Origin: the human T2T-CHM13v2.0 reference genome, Homo sapiens
Assembly: GCF_009914755.1 (NCBI RefSeq)
Contig: NC_060929.1
Reading direction: 5' to 3' (one strand)
Length of the DNA stretch: 64,000 nucleotides
Shown: positions 1 through 14,200 of the stretch, in pieces
Position numbering within the stretch: the stretch's first letter is position 1
Layout of the letters: every line of letters begins with the position of its first letter
The notes under the pieces: model-generated
Databases searched by the model: none
What the model was told of the DNA's origin: nothing
Seen by the model: the letters and a program-made list of their open reading frames with translations, nothing else
Position numbers and translations under genes: made by a program

Positions 1-1505
<1,505 letters not shown>

Positions 1506-3659
1506 AAAAAAGTCAAGCAATAGGAAGAATCCCTTTCAACTTCCCAGTTACAGGTGGAAGCAATTTGGTATGAGTGGGTTAGATTTTATCCAAAAAATTG
1601 ACTATAGCTTCCAAACTAGAAGCAGTTTTTAGTACATGTTTTAATGCATTTACTAACTTTTTTCTGAAAGTGATGCACCTACAAGAGCATATCTTATGTA
1701 TAGGCACATGAGTTGTGCCACTTAAAACAGCATTCCTCATTTCCAACTGCTTTGAGTGGACAGATGTACACACTTTGTTTTTTCTAAGCTATGCACAAAC
1801 TTAAGGGCTTGCATGCACCATACATACACACTAATCTTCCTCTTTTCTTTCTTTCACAATAGTTCCTATAATCTCAAATCGGTACCTATTCAAAATTGGC
1901 CAAAAAGCCTGATAAATCTCAGGATATTGCAATCTGTGGGTGAGTCTCCAAGATGTCCACAGCATCCAAATGAAAATCAGAGTTGTGATAGAAGAATGGC
2001 TGTATAGACTCTAATCAAAAGATTGATTTTTGTGTAGTTGTTCTTTTTTAAAAAAACAAATTCTGAAAAATTCTGAGTTGTCTTTGAGAAGCAAAGGACA
2101 ATGTTGAAGGGTATAAAGGAGTTAGTCAAGAATAATAAAAATAATCTCTTGGTAAAATGACTGAAGTTTGTAATATATTTACATCATAAAGACCACAATG
2201 TAAAAAATAAAATCAAAATAAGTGTCTAAAACCAACTGCAACAGCTCATTTCTCTTTTTAAAAATGAAACTGAGCATCTTATTTGAAGCTATTTTTATTT
2301 GCATTAGATTATTGCAAATAAACATTCTAAATGATAGAAAAGAGTTGTAATCATATAATTTGCTTTCAGTGTTTTTGTATTAACTCATTAGTCAAACCCT
2401 TCAGTGAAACATAGTTTACAAAAACATATCCATTTTTTTGTAAGCATATTATGAATAACATAGAGATGCTTTACTAATTTGATAATTAAGACCCAATATT
2501 TAGCTGGAGAGGACCAATTAAGTAAGAATAATTTAACTCTCTCTCTCTGTCTCTCTTTCTCTTTCTCTCTTGCTTGGCTGACTAAGCTTGGGGGAGCATA
2601 AAAGAATAAAGTAATCGTACTGCATTAGAACTAGTAGAAGACATTAGAGATTAACTTGGGGGCCATGACTACTGAGGAATTCAGTGAGTTGGCTTCATGG
2701 GCAGTCTGCGTAATCCTTAAGTTAGATGCAAAATGTTATAGGAATGTGCATAAGTGTATTTTTGGGGGTAGTGAGAATGTATAATCCTAGAAGATCAAGA
2801 AACCAATGTGCTGAAGAGTGACGGGTGAGGACAGTTGTCCTGGGACTTTGGAGGTGCTGTCAGATGGTCCTGGAAATACAGAACCAGTCCACTGCACAGC
2901 CAGAGATGACATGGGCTCAGTGATTCCAAAGCCCTTATAGTCAAGAATGTGAAATGCAGACGACCAGAGAAAAGAGCAATAGACAGTTCCTGATACACTC
3001 AGCTTACCCCGCTATACAATCTATAAGCATCCACATGTCCTCATTGGCTATGGAGATAAGTTATTCCAAAATACCATGGTCCTATCAGCCTGGAGGGTCT
3101 GGACTACTGGGAGTGTGTATATATATATATATGGCAAGGAAGAATGAGAGGTCGTGGTGCCATGGACAGAAGAAGAAAAATTAGCAAATGTTGGCTTGAT
3201 AGGGTAAGCAAGGGTTTGGCTTTTAACACGTGGTATTCAAGGAGCAGACAGAACACCAAGGTTTAGTTGTTCCAAAAGCAACTGGAAAGACAGAAGTAAA
3301 GCTAGATGCTCCTACTATAGGAAAATTCTTTCCCCATCAGTGTTTCCTCCCTTTGGGATTCTCTCGATTCAACCCCATGACCACCACTGCACTCACCCCC
3401 AGGAGTGCATGCTCCTTTCCTCTACGACCTGCAGCAGTGTGCTAACCTGGTTTATTTGGGTTCATCAGAACAAAATGTTAGCCTTTCCCAATTCTGCCTT
3501 CAGTGACCTCACGTTGGTAGCCTGCAATTGGCTATGGTGGTGCAATTTCTATTTGCATCACAGAAATCAGCAAATGCTACAAATTAGTATCCCTCCTCCA
3601 AATGGGCTGTTAAATATTTACCAGCTTTTACCAATCACTGCTTATGAGTGAACAGAGAT

Positions 3660-4150
3660 ATAGAGTGTGTGGGGCCTTACACAGAATGGCCAAGGAAGAT
3701 CTCACTGTTAGGGCAGCGTTTGGGAAGACTAAAAAGAGGTGATAAAATGAACCATGCAGGTATCTTGGGGAAGAGCATTCTTGTTACAGGAAACAGCAAA
3801 TGTAAGGTACCCAGTGCAGGAGTGTCCTTGGTGTTCAAGGGACGGCAAAGAAGGCTAGTGTGGCTGGGGCAGAGTGAGTGAAGGAAAGAATGGTAGGGGA
3901 TGAGGTTAGAGATAGATGAAGAAACGAGGGGCAAATCATGAAAGACCTTTTAGATGATAATAAGGAGTTTGGTTTTTACTCTGAGAGAAACGGGGAGACA
4001 CTGGAGAGTATAGAGCAGTAAAGTGACATGAGTATGACATAGACCTTGAAAGGATTACTCCTTTTAATCCTTCATGTCAACTTTATGGAGGCTAGGACCA
4101 GAAGACTAGTGGTGGAGGGGATAAGAAGTGGTCATATTCTAGATCTGAAT
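3660..4150 (-). mobile_element. L2 fragment
   Basis: Purine-rich L2 antisense motifs (ggggaagagcattcttgttacaggaaacagcaaatgtaagg; aggagtttggtttttactctgag); boundaries approximate. Confidence 0.6.
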
Positions 4151-4578
4151 ACAATAGAATTGTTATTAGTAAGCAGCTTTCAGCTCAATAAAAGAAATGA
4201 GTTTCTAATAGAGTTTTTGTCATCTCCAATGAAGTACCAAGCTTCTTGTACCTGGAAGTAACCAGGCAGACACTTGATATCCCTCACTAGAGATAGTATA
4301 GGAGAGTTTCCTATGTTGGGAGGAGTTTATACCCACTGACCTCTAATATTCTTCAATGGCCTGGGGCTTGGCTACACAAGAAAATGCTTGTTATAACTTG
4401 ATGACTGATGATCGAGTTAGGACTAAGGGAGCAAATAGGGTTAGATATAGAAATTGAAATGGCTTCATTTCTGTAATAAATATGTTAATGGTTATTTTAG
4501 AGATATATTTATGACTTGGGCATAGGCATATCTAAGGGTTTGGGGGCAAAGTGGATGGGGGAGTAGTTTCGCGTTCGT

Positions 4579-4599
4579 GTCGCTCTCCGTGGTGCTGAA
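4579..4599 (-). promoter_or_regulatory. RE1/NRSE (REST/NRSF binding site)
   Basis: Minus strand reads TTCAGCACCACGGAGAGCGAC, 19/21 to the canonical TTCAGCACCACGGACAGCGCC with canonical 2-nt spacing; local CpG retention. Confidence 0.85.
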
Positions 4600-5405
4600 A
4601 CACCAATGGTTAAGGGATAATGTTCTCCTAACTCCCTGACTCTTCCTACTTGGAGGTGAGGCCACCTGATATGTGCAGTCACATGAGGTAGAGGTGGGTT
4701 GAGTTGGGGAGGCTTGGGAACAAATAAAGTAAGGATGTCTTAGAATTCAGGATATTACAGTTGGAAAGGGTTTCAGGGAGTATCTAGTCCAATTGCTTAA
4801 TTTTGCAACTGAGAAAACAGAGCAAGTCCACTTGTCCTAAGCAGCAGAGGTCCAGGACCTAGTATATCTCATCCTGGGATGAGATAAAAGTGAGAGGAGG
4901 CTAGTCCTGTGGGATTATTCTTAACATTTCCACCAGAAGTTTCTACTACTTGAGTTCTCCCTCATCGTGTGACCCTATTCACCACACCAGTGAATAAGCT
5001 TCCTCAGAAACATGTCCTGGTTTGTGCATGAATTTCCCTGATTTATACCTGGAAGCCTCCAATCTGGACTAGACATCCTTAGTTGTAATGGACTCTCTGG
5101 TTGATGTCACCCCAACTTCCCAGGCTTCTATCAATGACCTCTACTTTTTATTAATGTTACCATGCGTCTACTTGGTTTGTCATACTTTCTGAAGTACTAG
5201 AACTTGACGGAGCTGGGTATGCACTAACATGTTATACTTGTCCTTGTGTGGCTGCTTATTGAGGCTGTAGGTCTGCCGTTTGGTAGAATACAATTAACAA
5301 GATCGTAGAATAGGGGAAAGAACACATGGGTAAAGCACCCAGTAACCAGTCATGCAGAGGCTTAGTGATGTAAGAACTCACACCATAATCTGGTTAATTT
5401 TTTAC

Positions 5406-5715
<310 letters not shown>

Positions 5716-5778
5716 TGAAAAATAAGAGCAAGAGTCTGCTGAGGTAGGTAATCACACTGAGTCAAGCTGGTGGGAGTT

Positions 5779-5779
<1 letters not shown>

Positions 5780-5815
<36 letters not shown>
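5780..5815. repeat. Poly(T)36 tract
   Basis: Uninterrupted T run. Confidence 0.95.
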
Positions 5816-5817
<2 letters not shown>

Positions 5818-6525
5818 CTGAATTATCTAGGTAAACACAGACATGCCTAAGAAATAAAAGATCTATATATATAAAGAAGCTACATTAAATCTTCATTTTA
5901 AATTTTCGTTAAATTCTAATTGTGTGTATGTTTTTTTAACTGGGCTGACAGACATTAATAACTACTGAATTAGTGAATTTCCATTGGCTCTGGATCTGTA
6001 AATAGAACAAAGCCATCTGTGGGTTAGAGACCACGGAAGCTCCTGCCTGGCCTCCCAGAGGTTCATTGTAACCTTGGGTCACAGATGGATGTGGCTCAGC
6101 TACCCTGAGTACTAGCTTCATCTGGCCTCAGAGCCCCAGAGCCAAGAGCAGGTGTAAGCCACATGCCTAGTCTCCCCAGGGGCTAGGAAAAGCCGCCTTG
6201 AGACCAAGGCTGCAAACAAAAGCTGGTAGAGGAGATTTCCTAGCTGTTTCAGACTGTGCCATAGATGTGAAACTCAAAGGCGAAGGGAAAAGTCAGCCTT
6301 CCTTATTCCAGCCTCTCCTACCTGCCTGTGTCCAAGAATGCTTCAAACCCAGAGATGCTTTTACTAAAATGGATCTCCAAGTTTGAGCCCTGGTGTTCTT
6401 ACCATTTTGCTATTTAAAGTCTGCACAGGTATCTGGAGAACTGTCTGAATGGCTACCTCCCCCAGCATCTCCCTAACTAACTCACTCAATTTTTGCAGAG
6501 GGTCCTCTTTCAAAGAAATACCTGT

Positions 6526-6750
6526 GGCTGGGTGTGGCAGCAGGGCATGCCTGTAATTCCAGCTACTCAGGAGGCTGAGGTGGGAGGATCCCTTTTGCCC
6601 AGGAGTTTGAGACTGCAGTGAGCTATGGTTGTGCTGCTGTACTCCAGCCTGGGCTCTGTCATCCAAGCTGGGGACCCCAGCTCTAAAATGGGGTCTCTTT
6701 ATTTTTAGATACCCTGTCTCTAAAATAATAAATAAAAAATTTAAAAAATA
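6526..6750 (+). mobile_element. Alu monomer (FRAM/AluJ right-arm-like) with an internal rearranged insert
   Basis: gcctgtaattccagctactcaggaggctgaggtgggaggatc...ctccagcctggg, A-rich tail; degenerate TSD AAGAAATACCTGT / AGGAAACACCTCT. Confidence 0.85.
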
Positions 6751-9539
6751 AGGAAACACCTCTGCCTCTGCTAGTCTGCCTTTCTCCCATTCTAGAAGGC
6801 CTTTTGTTTTTCTTTTCTCAAGTTTATTTCCCACTTGAGTAAATGTATTATTTCCTTTCCCTGATGTAAGAAAATTTCCTCTTACAAATGTTTTTTAGCC
6901 AATGAAGAAAATGCACTGGCAAGGACAGGGGCCTCCATCTCTCATGTGATCCAGAGAGATTCCTGTGAGCTGAGGTTTGCTCTTGGGAATGCCTGTTTGG
7001 ATGCAGAGGGTTAGAATGCAGCTAAAGAAGGACCCTTGCCCAAGGTCCTCAGGTTTCCATGGCTCAGTGTGTATCTGACACCAGGGAGGTTTGAAGAGGG
7101 AGTAGGGGTGGCCAGGGATTAAATAAATGGTTGGAGGTAAGGGAGGATCTGGAAGGGCTGAGCCGTGTTCCTGTAAGGTCCTCAGGAGGCCAGGGCGCAG
7201 TGCCTGATCCTGTATTGCAGGCTGAAGCGGCTTAATTGCTGGTAATTAAGGCAGGATCTATAGTTTCTGGGCATGCCTAGTGGGGGAGGGGCTGGGTTTC
7301 TGGCCTTGGATGAGCTGCAGGAAAGCAAGCGGCTGCTCTTCTGAGCTTACAGCTCAGACACTCCCAGCAGGGCCTGTTGCTGGGCAGTTTTCAGCACTAG
7401 GAGTCTTTGCAAACCTGCTCTTTGAGGATGGAGATTGTCTTTTCAAAGGAACTCAAAGTAGAATATGAATAGTTAACCTTTATTGAGAATTTACCATAGG
7501 TCAGGAATTCTGCTAACCACGTTTAATTCTCAAAACATCTCAATGGGTGAATTTTTAATTGATGATGATAATAAAAGATTGGATAATTTGCTCAAGGTCC
7601 ACAGTTCACACAGAATGCAAATTTAGTTAATTGGATTCCAGAGTCTGTGTTTGCAGGCACCACGCTCTTCTGCAGAGATTGCAAGCTGGTAGCCTATAAG
7701 CCTTCAGTGTGCCTGATCCCCACATTGCTTTAAATATAAAAATGTTCAATAAAATTAAGGATTTCTGGCTTTTTTGAAAAAATGATAATGTCTTCCAACA
7801 CTGGCCCAATTTTTGCATGGCAACAATGAATTGGGACTGAGTAGCTGTTGCCCCTTCTAGAGAGGGAATCTCCAGTTTTTCTGTTTGTACTGCTTCTTCT
7901 TGCAAAACTCCTAGCCCATTTCAATCATTTATGAAAATGACATGCCTGGCCCTCGGCATTTTGAAATTGTGACACTGCCTTTTGTCAAGCAAAATAGATT
8001 AAGACATAAGAGTATGAGCTGGAATAGAGAAATGAGGTGGTAAGACCCAGTTACACGAGCCACAAGTGTCTTTGCACTTAGTCATACACTCCAAGAGCAC
8101 AAGCTCATCGCTGAGGCCAATTTATCCCTAGTCTCATTTTCAAGTTCACAGATAAGCAGAGAAGGGCTGGCTCAGGGTGGGGGTAGAAATGTACAGAAAT
8201 TTCAAGAAGCATTGTAGTCTGAGATAAGCAACTTTCCCCATCTACTTTTAGGATATTACTTTTCATAAAGCTTTACCATAAGTTCTGCTTTATCATCTCT
8301 GCCTGAGCTTCCAGCTGGACAGACTCCGAAATCTAAAAGCCTGCAACTTCCAAAGGAGGACATTTAGCTGCCCAAGGCTGTACAGCCACACCAGGCTGAT
8401 TGCTTCTGGGTAATCAGGTGGGAAATATCATCTGCATTTAGGGTTTCCTGTGCCATCAGTCTTCTCCAGATGCCTGCAGAGTTGAGATTCACGTACCCAC
8501 ACCAGCAACACTGTCCCTTAAAGGGCTGTAGTGCTTTTTGGGAAGTAGAGTAAATAAAATGATTTATTAGTTTTCTTTAACCAGAAGAATCAATCACTCT
8601 GGTCAAGGCAAGGACCATCATGTGGTGACATGATGTTGAGGTCCAGCTTTTGAACTCTTCAGAGTAAGCCGAGAATGATCTTACATCAGGCACCTCCAGA
8701 GAAGCATGGACCCCTCAAGTCCACTGTGACCACCAAGCTGAGGCCATGAGACTCCGGAAAACTTTATCTTAGAATATGTCTTCTTTGCATAAAAGGAACA
8801 ATTAAGCTTGGCTTCCTGACATTGAGGGTGACTAGGCTTTTCCCTAACAACCGGTAGGGCAGCTGGCATTTTCATGCTTTCACAGCCGGAAGACTCTAGC
8901 CCCAAGTTGTGTGCTCTAGTCTCTCTTCCAGACAAGTATTTTCAGAATTCTTGACTAAAATATCTCAATAAAGGCTGCTCTTTCCTAAACCTCAACCTCA
9001 GAGCTTCCCTGGAGGATGACTCATCTTGAGCAGAGGCAGCGCAGCAGACCTGTATGAGCAGGGCGTGGGCTTGGACAGCCCTGGGTTTGCAACTGGCTTC
9101 TCTGCTTGCTGGCTGGGTGGGCCTACAATTCAGTCACCTCACCTCCCTGGGCAAAGATTTCTTCATTCAAGGAATGCATAATGACCCTGCCTCCCAGGGT
9201 TGGAATAAAACTTCTTTAAAATAATGCAGCACAGAAAAGAGCTTAGAAAGATGTTTGTGTGCGGTAGTGTGAGGGGGGACAGATCATGTGTTCCAAGGGA
9301 ATACAGGAAGGGTTTAATAAAAGGTCTTCCTGATTCTGTCCCCTGCCTGCGTCTCTAATTTTCTTGTTCCCATTGCCCTTTCTCACTCAGTGTGGTGTTT
9401 CTTCTGCTAAAAACATTCTTCCTACCCCTCACCCCACACTTGCCTCACTCCCTCTTCCTCCCTCTTCAGGTTGCTGCCTTCCCTGGCCTTCCAGACTGGA
9501 TCAGGTCCCCAGGCCAAACTTTTTGAAACCAAGTTGTAC

Positions 9540-9715
9540 TTTCTCTTCACAGCATTTCCTGCTGTATCTGAGATGATGCCACTATCTGTCTCCCACTATT
9601 CTTAGAACTTCCTAAGAGCAGGGCTCTACTGTTTTGCCCACAGCTGTATCCCAAATGCCTAAAAAGAACCTGCCACATAGTAGGTCCTCAATAAATATTT
9701 GCTGAATGAGTAATA
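9540..9715 (+). mobile_element. L2 3' end
   Basis: cacatagtaggtcctcaataaatatttgctgaatgag matches the L2 3' terminus. Confidence 0.7.
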
Positions 9716-9781
9716 AAACTTAGCTTGAACTTTCTTTTGATTATACAACAGTCAACAGACGTATATTAAGAAATCATTCTT

Positions 9782-10076
9782 GGCCAGGCGTGGTGGCTCA
9801 TGCCTGTAATCTCAGCATTTTGGAAGGCCGAGGTGGGCAGGTCACCTGAGGTCAGGAGTTCGAGACCAGCCTGGCCAACATGGCGAAACCCCGTCTCTAC
9901 TAAAAATACAAAAATTTGCCAGGCATGGTGGCGAGCATCTGTAATCCCAGCTACCCAGGTGGCTGAGGCAGGGAGAATTGCTTGAACCCAGGAGGCGGAG
10001 GTTGCACTGAGCTGAGATCGCACCACTGCACTCCAGCCTGGGTGACAGAGTGAGACTCTGTCTCAAAAAAAAAAAA
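9782..10076 (+). mobile_element. Alu (AluS-like), full length
   Basis: GGCCAGGCGTGGTGGCTCATGCC...A-tail; degenerate TSD AAATCATTCTT / AAATTATTCTT. Confidence 0.95.
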
Positions 10077-10089
10077 TTATTCTTAACCA

Positions 10090-11280
10090 TCTAAAATTTA
10101 ACTCATAATGGATCAAAGGCCTAAATGGAAGAGCCAAAACTATAAAACTCTTAGGAGAAAACATAGGGGTAAATGTTGATGACCTTGGATTTGGGAATGG
10201 AGCCTTACAATATGACACCAAAAGCACAAGCAACAAAAGAAAAAAGTAGATAAATTGAATATTACTAAAATTAAAAACTTTTGTGTTTCAAAGGACATCA
10301 TCAAGAAAGTGAAAAGGCAATCTGCACAATGGGAGAAGTTTTTCCAAATCACAGATCTGATAAGAAACTTGTATATAGGATGCATTTTAAAAATTCTTAT
10401 AACTCAATAGCAAAAAGATAAATAACCCAATTTAAAAATGGGAAAAAAAATGAATAGACATTTTTCCAAAGAAGATATAAAATAGCCATTAAGCACATGA
10501 AAAGATGCTCAACATCATTAGGTATCAGGGAAATAGAAATCAAAACCATAATGAAATACCACTTAACACCTACTATAATGGCTAGAATCAAAAATTCTGA
10601 TAATAACAAATATTGGTGAGGATCAGAAACCTCATTCATACGCAGCTGGTGGTAGTGTAAAATGATGCAGCCATTTTTGAAATATAGTCTAGCAGTTCCT
10701 CATAAAGTTAAAGACAGAGTTAGCGTTTGACCAGCAATTTTACTCTGTGATATACCCAAGACATATGAAAAAATGTCCATACAAAAACTTGTGTATGAAT
10801 GTTCATAGCAGAGTTATTCATAATAGCCAAAAAAGAGAAAAGAACCCAAATATCCATCACCCGATAAATGGATAAATGAAATGTAGTCTATCCATACAAT
10901 AGAATATTATTCAGCCATAAAGGAGGAAGTACTGATATATGCTATGACATGAATGAAAACATTCAGTTAAGTGAAAGAAGCCAGACCCAAAAGGCCACAT
11001 ATTATATGCTTCTATTTATATGAAATGTCCAGAATAGGCAATCCATAGAGACAGAGAGTCGATTAGTGTTTGCCTTGGGTGTGGGGGAAGGGATGGGAGG
11101 ATGAGGAGTAAAAAGCTAAAGGGCACAGTGTTTCTTTGGGCCATGATGGGAATGTCATAAAATCAGTTGTAATGATGGTTTCACAACTCCGTGAATATAC
11201 TAAAAAAAATCCAATTCTGTCCTTTAATGAGTCAATCATATGATATATGAATTACATTTCGAACTGCAAAAAAAGGGAAA
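10090..11280 (+). mobile_element. Old L1 (L1MB-like) ORF2 end and 3'UTR
   Basis: aaaattaaaaacttttgtgtttcaaaggacatcatcaagaaagtgaaaag...gaaagaagccagacccaaaaggccacatatt...; decayed ORF2. Confidence 0.88.
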
Positions 11281-14200
11281 GAGAGATCATTACATGCCCA
11301 TGAATTTTTAGGTATTAAGAGAAGCATGTGACTCTCACCTGCAACGACTTAACAAGCCAGATGGGACGACAAACATATATGAAATAATAAGCAATACTAA
11401 ATCAGTTATAACCAAACACTACACCACGAAGCAAAAGCTGCGGTCCTAAGAAGGCGCACAACCTATGAAGATGGGGCATCTTGCATAGGAGATATCTTAA
11501 ATTCTGAATACAGAAACTACATCCTGTGACACTTGGTGTTGACACTAGCTATTTTCTAGCACTGTTGTCTGCTTTTCCATATGTTTTAGTCAGCACCTCC
11601 CAGCTAGATCGACTGTTTCATCGCTGCCTTCCCCTAGCTGCAAGCACAGTGCTTGGCACTCACTTAGGGTGGTGGGTTCTATGACTGGAGGTGGAGCCAG
11701 TGTCGGGATGTAAAGCCTCCTGTCTGAGCTGACCTGTCTCTTTTCATCATGCCTATGTCAACAAGGGATTCCTTTTTGCAAACATCTTTCCCATGTTTCA
11801 TTTGTTAGCCTATCCCACAGGCCAGGAGGGCAGAAGAGCATGCTAATGTGACTGTCTGAGGAAGTAACTGGAGAATAGCAAGGAGCAGGGAGGCTGGTCT
11901 TAATTCAAGGTCACCCAGGGGGCAAGCACCTGGCTGATCAGGGATTAGCATAGATGTTACCATCCTGCTAAACCCAGAAAGCCAGGTTGTTTATCTATTT
12001 GGGAGGTAGATTTATAGTCATGTAAGGGAGAAAAAATTGGTCTAAATCAAACTTTATTTTAGGACGAAAATAAGGGCGTGTGTGTGCAGTAGTGTAAAGA
12101 GGGCTGATCATGTCTTCAAGGGAATTAAAAACCCAAGCAAATGATAAAGTTACAAAAAAAGTGTTTGTGATCCCCAGTATCCCTGCGACCCTCTAAGATC
12201 TACAATTCTGAGATGGGGAAGATTACCTTAAGCCAGCCTCAACGTTCCTTTGGAGATCCTGTTCCATTTAATATATCATTTAATGTATTTGTTCATTTAG
12301 GCCATGACTCATTGCTTCTCTGAATTCTATTTTTTACTTGTCGTTTCTCAGTCGGATATTTTTCCACATATCAGATGTTCAACTATTTGTCTAATAGGAC
12401 AATACCTACTTTGGGGCTGATAAACTGACCACATAGTTTTATTATTTGTAAATTGTAAAAGATTGTAGTAAAAATGTCTTCCCCTAAATTTGCCAAGATT
12501 GAGAAATCACCCTAAAGTCAGCATGTGATAAAATGCAAATTGTGTTATGTATTTTCTCAGGTATAATTCTGAGGCACCCAGAGGAAGATGGTAGCTACCT
12601 ACCTATATGTTATTGTCTAATATTTGAACATATTCCCCATCAGGCTGGGGAAAGCAGACAAGGAACCTGAGCCAAGAGAGCAGGAATCTCAGGATGGGCA
12701 GAGCAAAATGGAGACTAACCAAGATGGTGGACCACATGGCTGCCTAGAAGTAATCATTTGTTAACCTTTACGTGTGGCTGAGTTTATAGCTGATGTATGC
12801 GTACATACAAATGATGTATTTATAGGTAAATGCATAGAAAAGTTCTAGAGTGATACACATCAAGCTGATAAATTCTGGAAAGAATACATTAAATTGGGGC
12901 CAAGGGAAGTGAAATGATTGCCTTTTACTCTAAATACCTTAACGTCATTGTTTTAACAACAAATGAAATATATTTAAAATATATTCATAGAATCCTTGCA
13001 TAATAAAAAAACATAAATAAGAGACTAACTAGAGAGGGTATAAGATTACATTCTGATTACTAAAAAAATAAAATTAGAATAGTATAATTAGGAGAGAATA
13101 AAAACCATCTGTAATCCTGCACGCAGAGATAATTGCATGAGAACATTCCTCACCCAAATCCAGAACAATGGGTTGTAGTCCAGGCAGAAGAAGTCTCTAC
13201 TAGTAGAGAACTGGTACCACACTAATAGGACTGGGGGCAAGAGGCCAGAACTGGGCTTATCATCCTAAGGTCTGACCAGATGGAGCCATTGGCTAAGTAA
13301 GGAAGAAGCAAGCAGCTGGTCAGGCAGAGGGGTTGGGGCCAAAATTAGAGAGCAGAGCTTAGAGGGAACAGCACCAGCAAAGTGGAAGGAGTGGGACTGG
13401 GGACTCAGATACTGGAGTGAGATGAGATGTTCACCTTCACTACTATTTTCATTCTGTGCCCATAAATGATAAAATTCATCTGCAGGAGGTCAGGAGTTAC
13501 CATTGGATCTTGGCCAAATAAGATGCTGGGATTACACACAGAGTTAACACTACCACACAGAGACCTCACCCTAGGTCTGTGGTAGAAATGGGACTGGGAC
13601 GAAGCTCCTAAAAATAGGAGTTAGTGGCCTTAGAGGTCAGTCTTAGATAAGGGAAGGGAAGCCTGTGACAGAAAGAAGAGTCACTTGGAAAGAGTCTGGA
13701 AGAGTCTAGAGGCAATGGGGATGCTACTGGCATTGGGACAGTCCTTCATTGTGTGGACTGTTTGTGCATTGCAGGAGGCTGGGCACCCTGGCCTTCATTC
13801 ACTGAAGAAATAGGGCCATCCCCACCCCTGCCCTAGTCAGAAGGTGACCCAACCCAACAGCACACATCCAATCATCCCTATGGATGGAAAGCATCCTCAT
13901 TTGGAAAGCACCAGATCCAATGCCTAACTAACAGACGGTGGAGGGCTATAACCCACCAATTCTCTCCTGCTGCAGGAAAGTGGAACTGTGGCTTCGACCT
14001 GACTGTATGTGCCTGGACCATAGAGAATGGACTAGGTTGGAAAGGCTCTGAGGAACAGAAAAAAGAGGGGAAAGGCATAGAATCAAGAGGCACAGTAGGT
14101 GCAAGAGGGCCATCCCCACTTTACCCTCTGATGGAGAGAAGGGAAAGTCTGTGCCACCCTGAGCAGCAGCAGGAAGCACTCGGGGAACCCCTGAGAAGGG

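Noticed and set aside
6364-6834. 156-aa minus-strand ORF
   Set aside because: The central part is a rearranged Alu monomer; no splice or domain support
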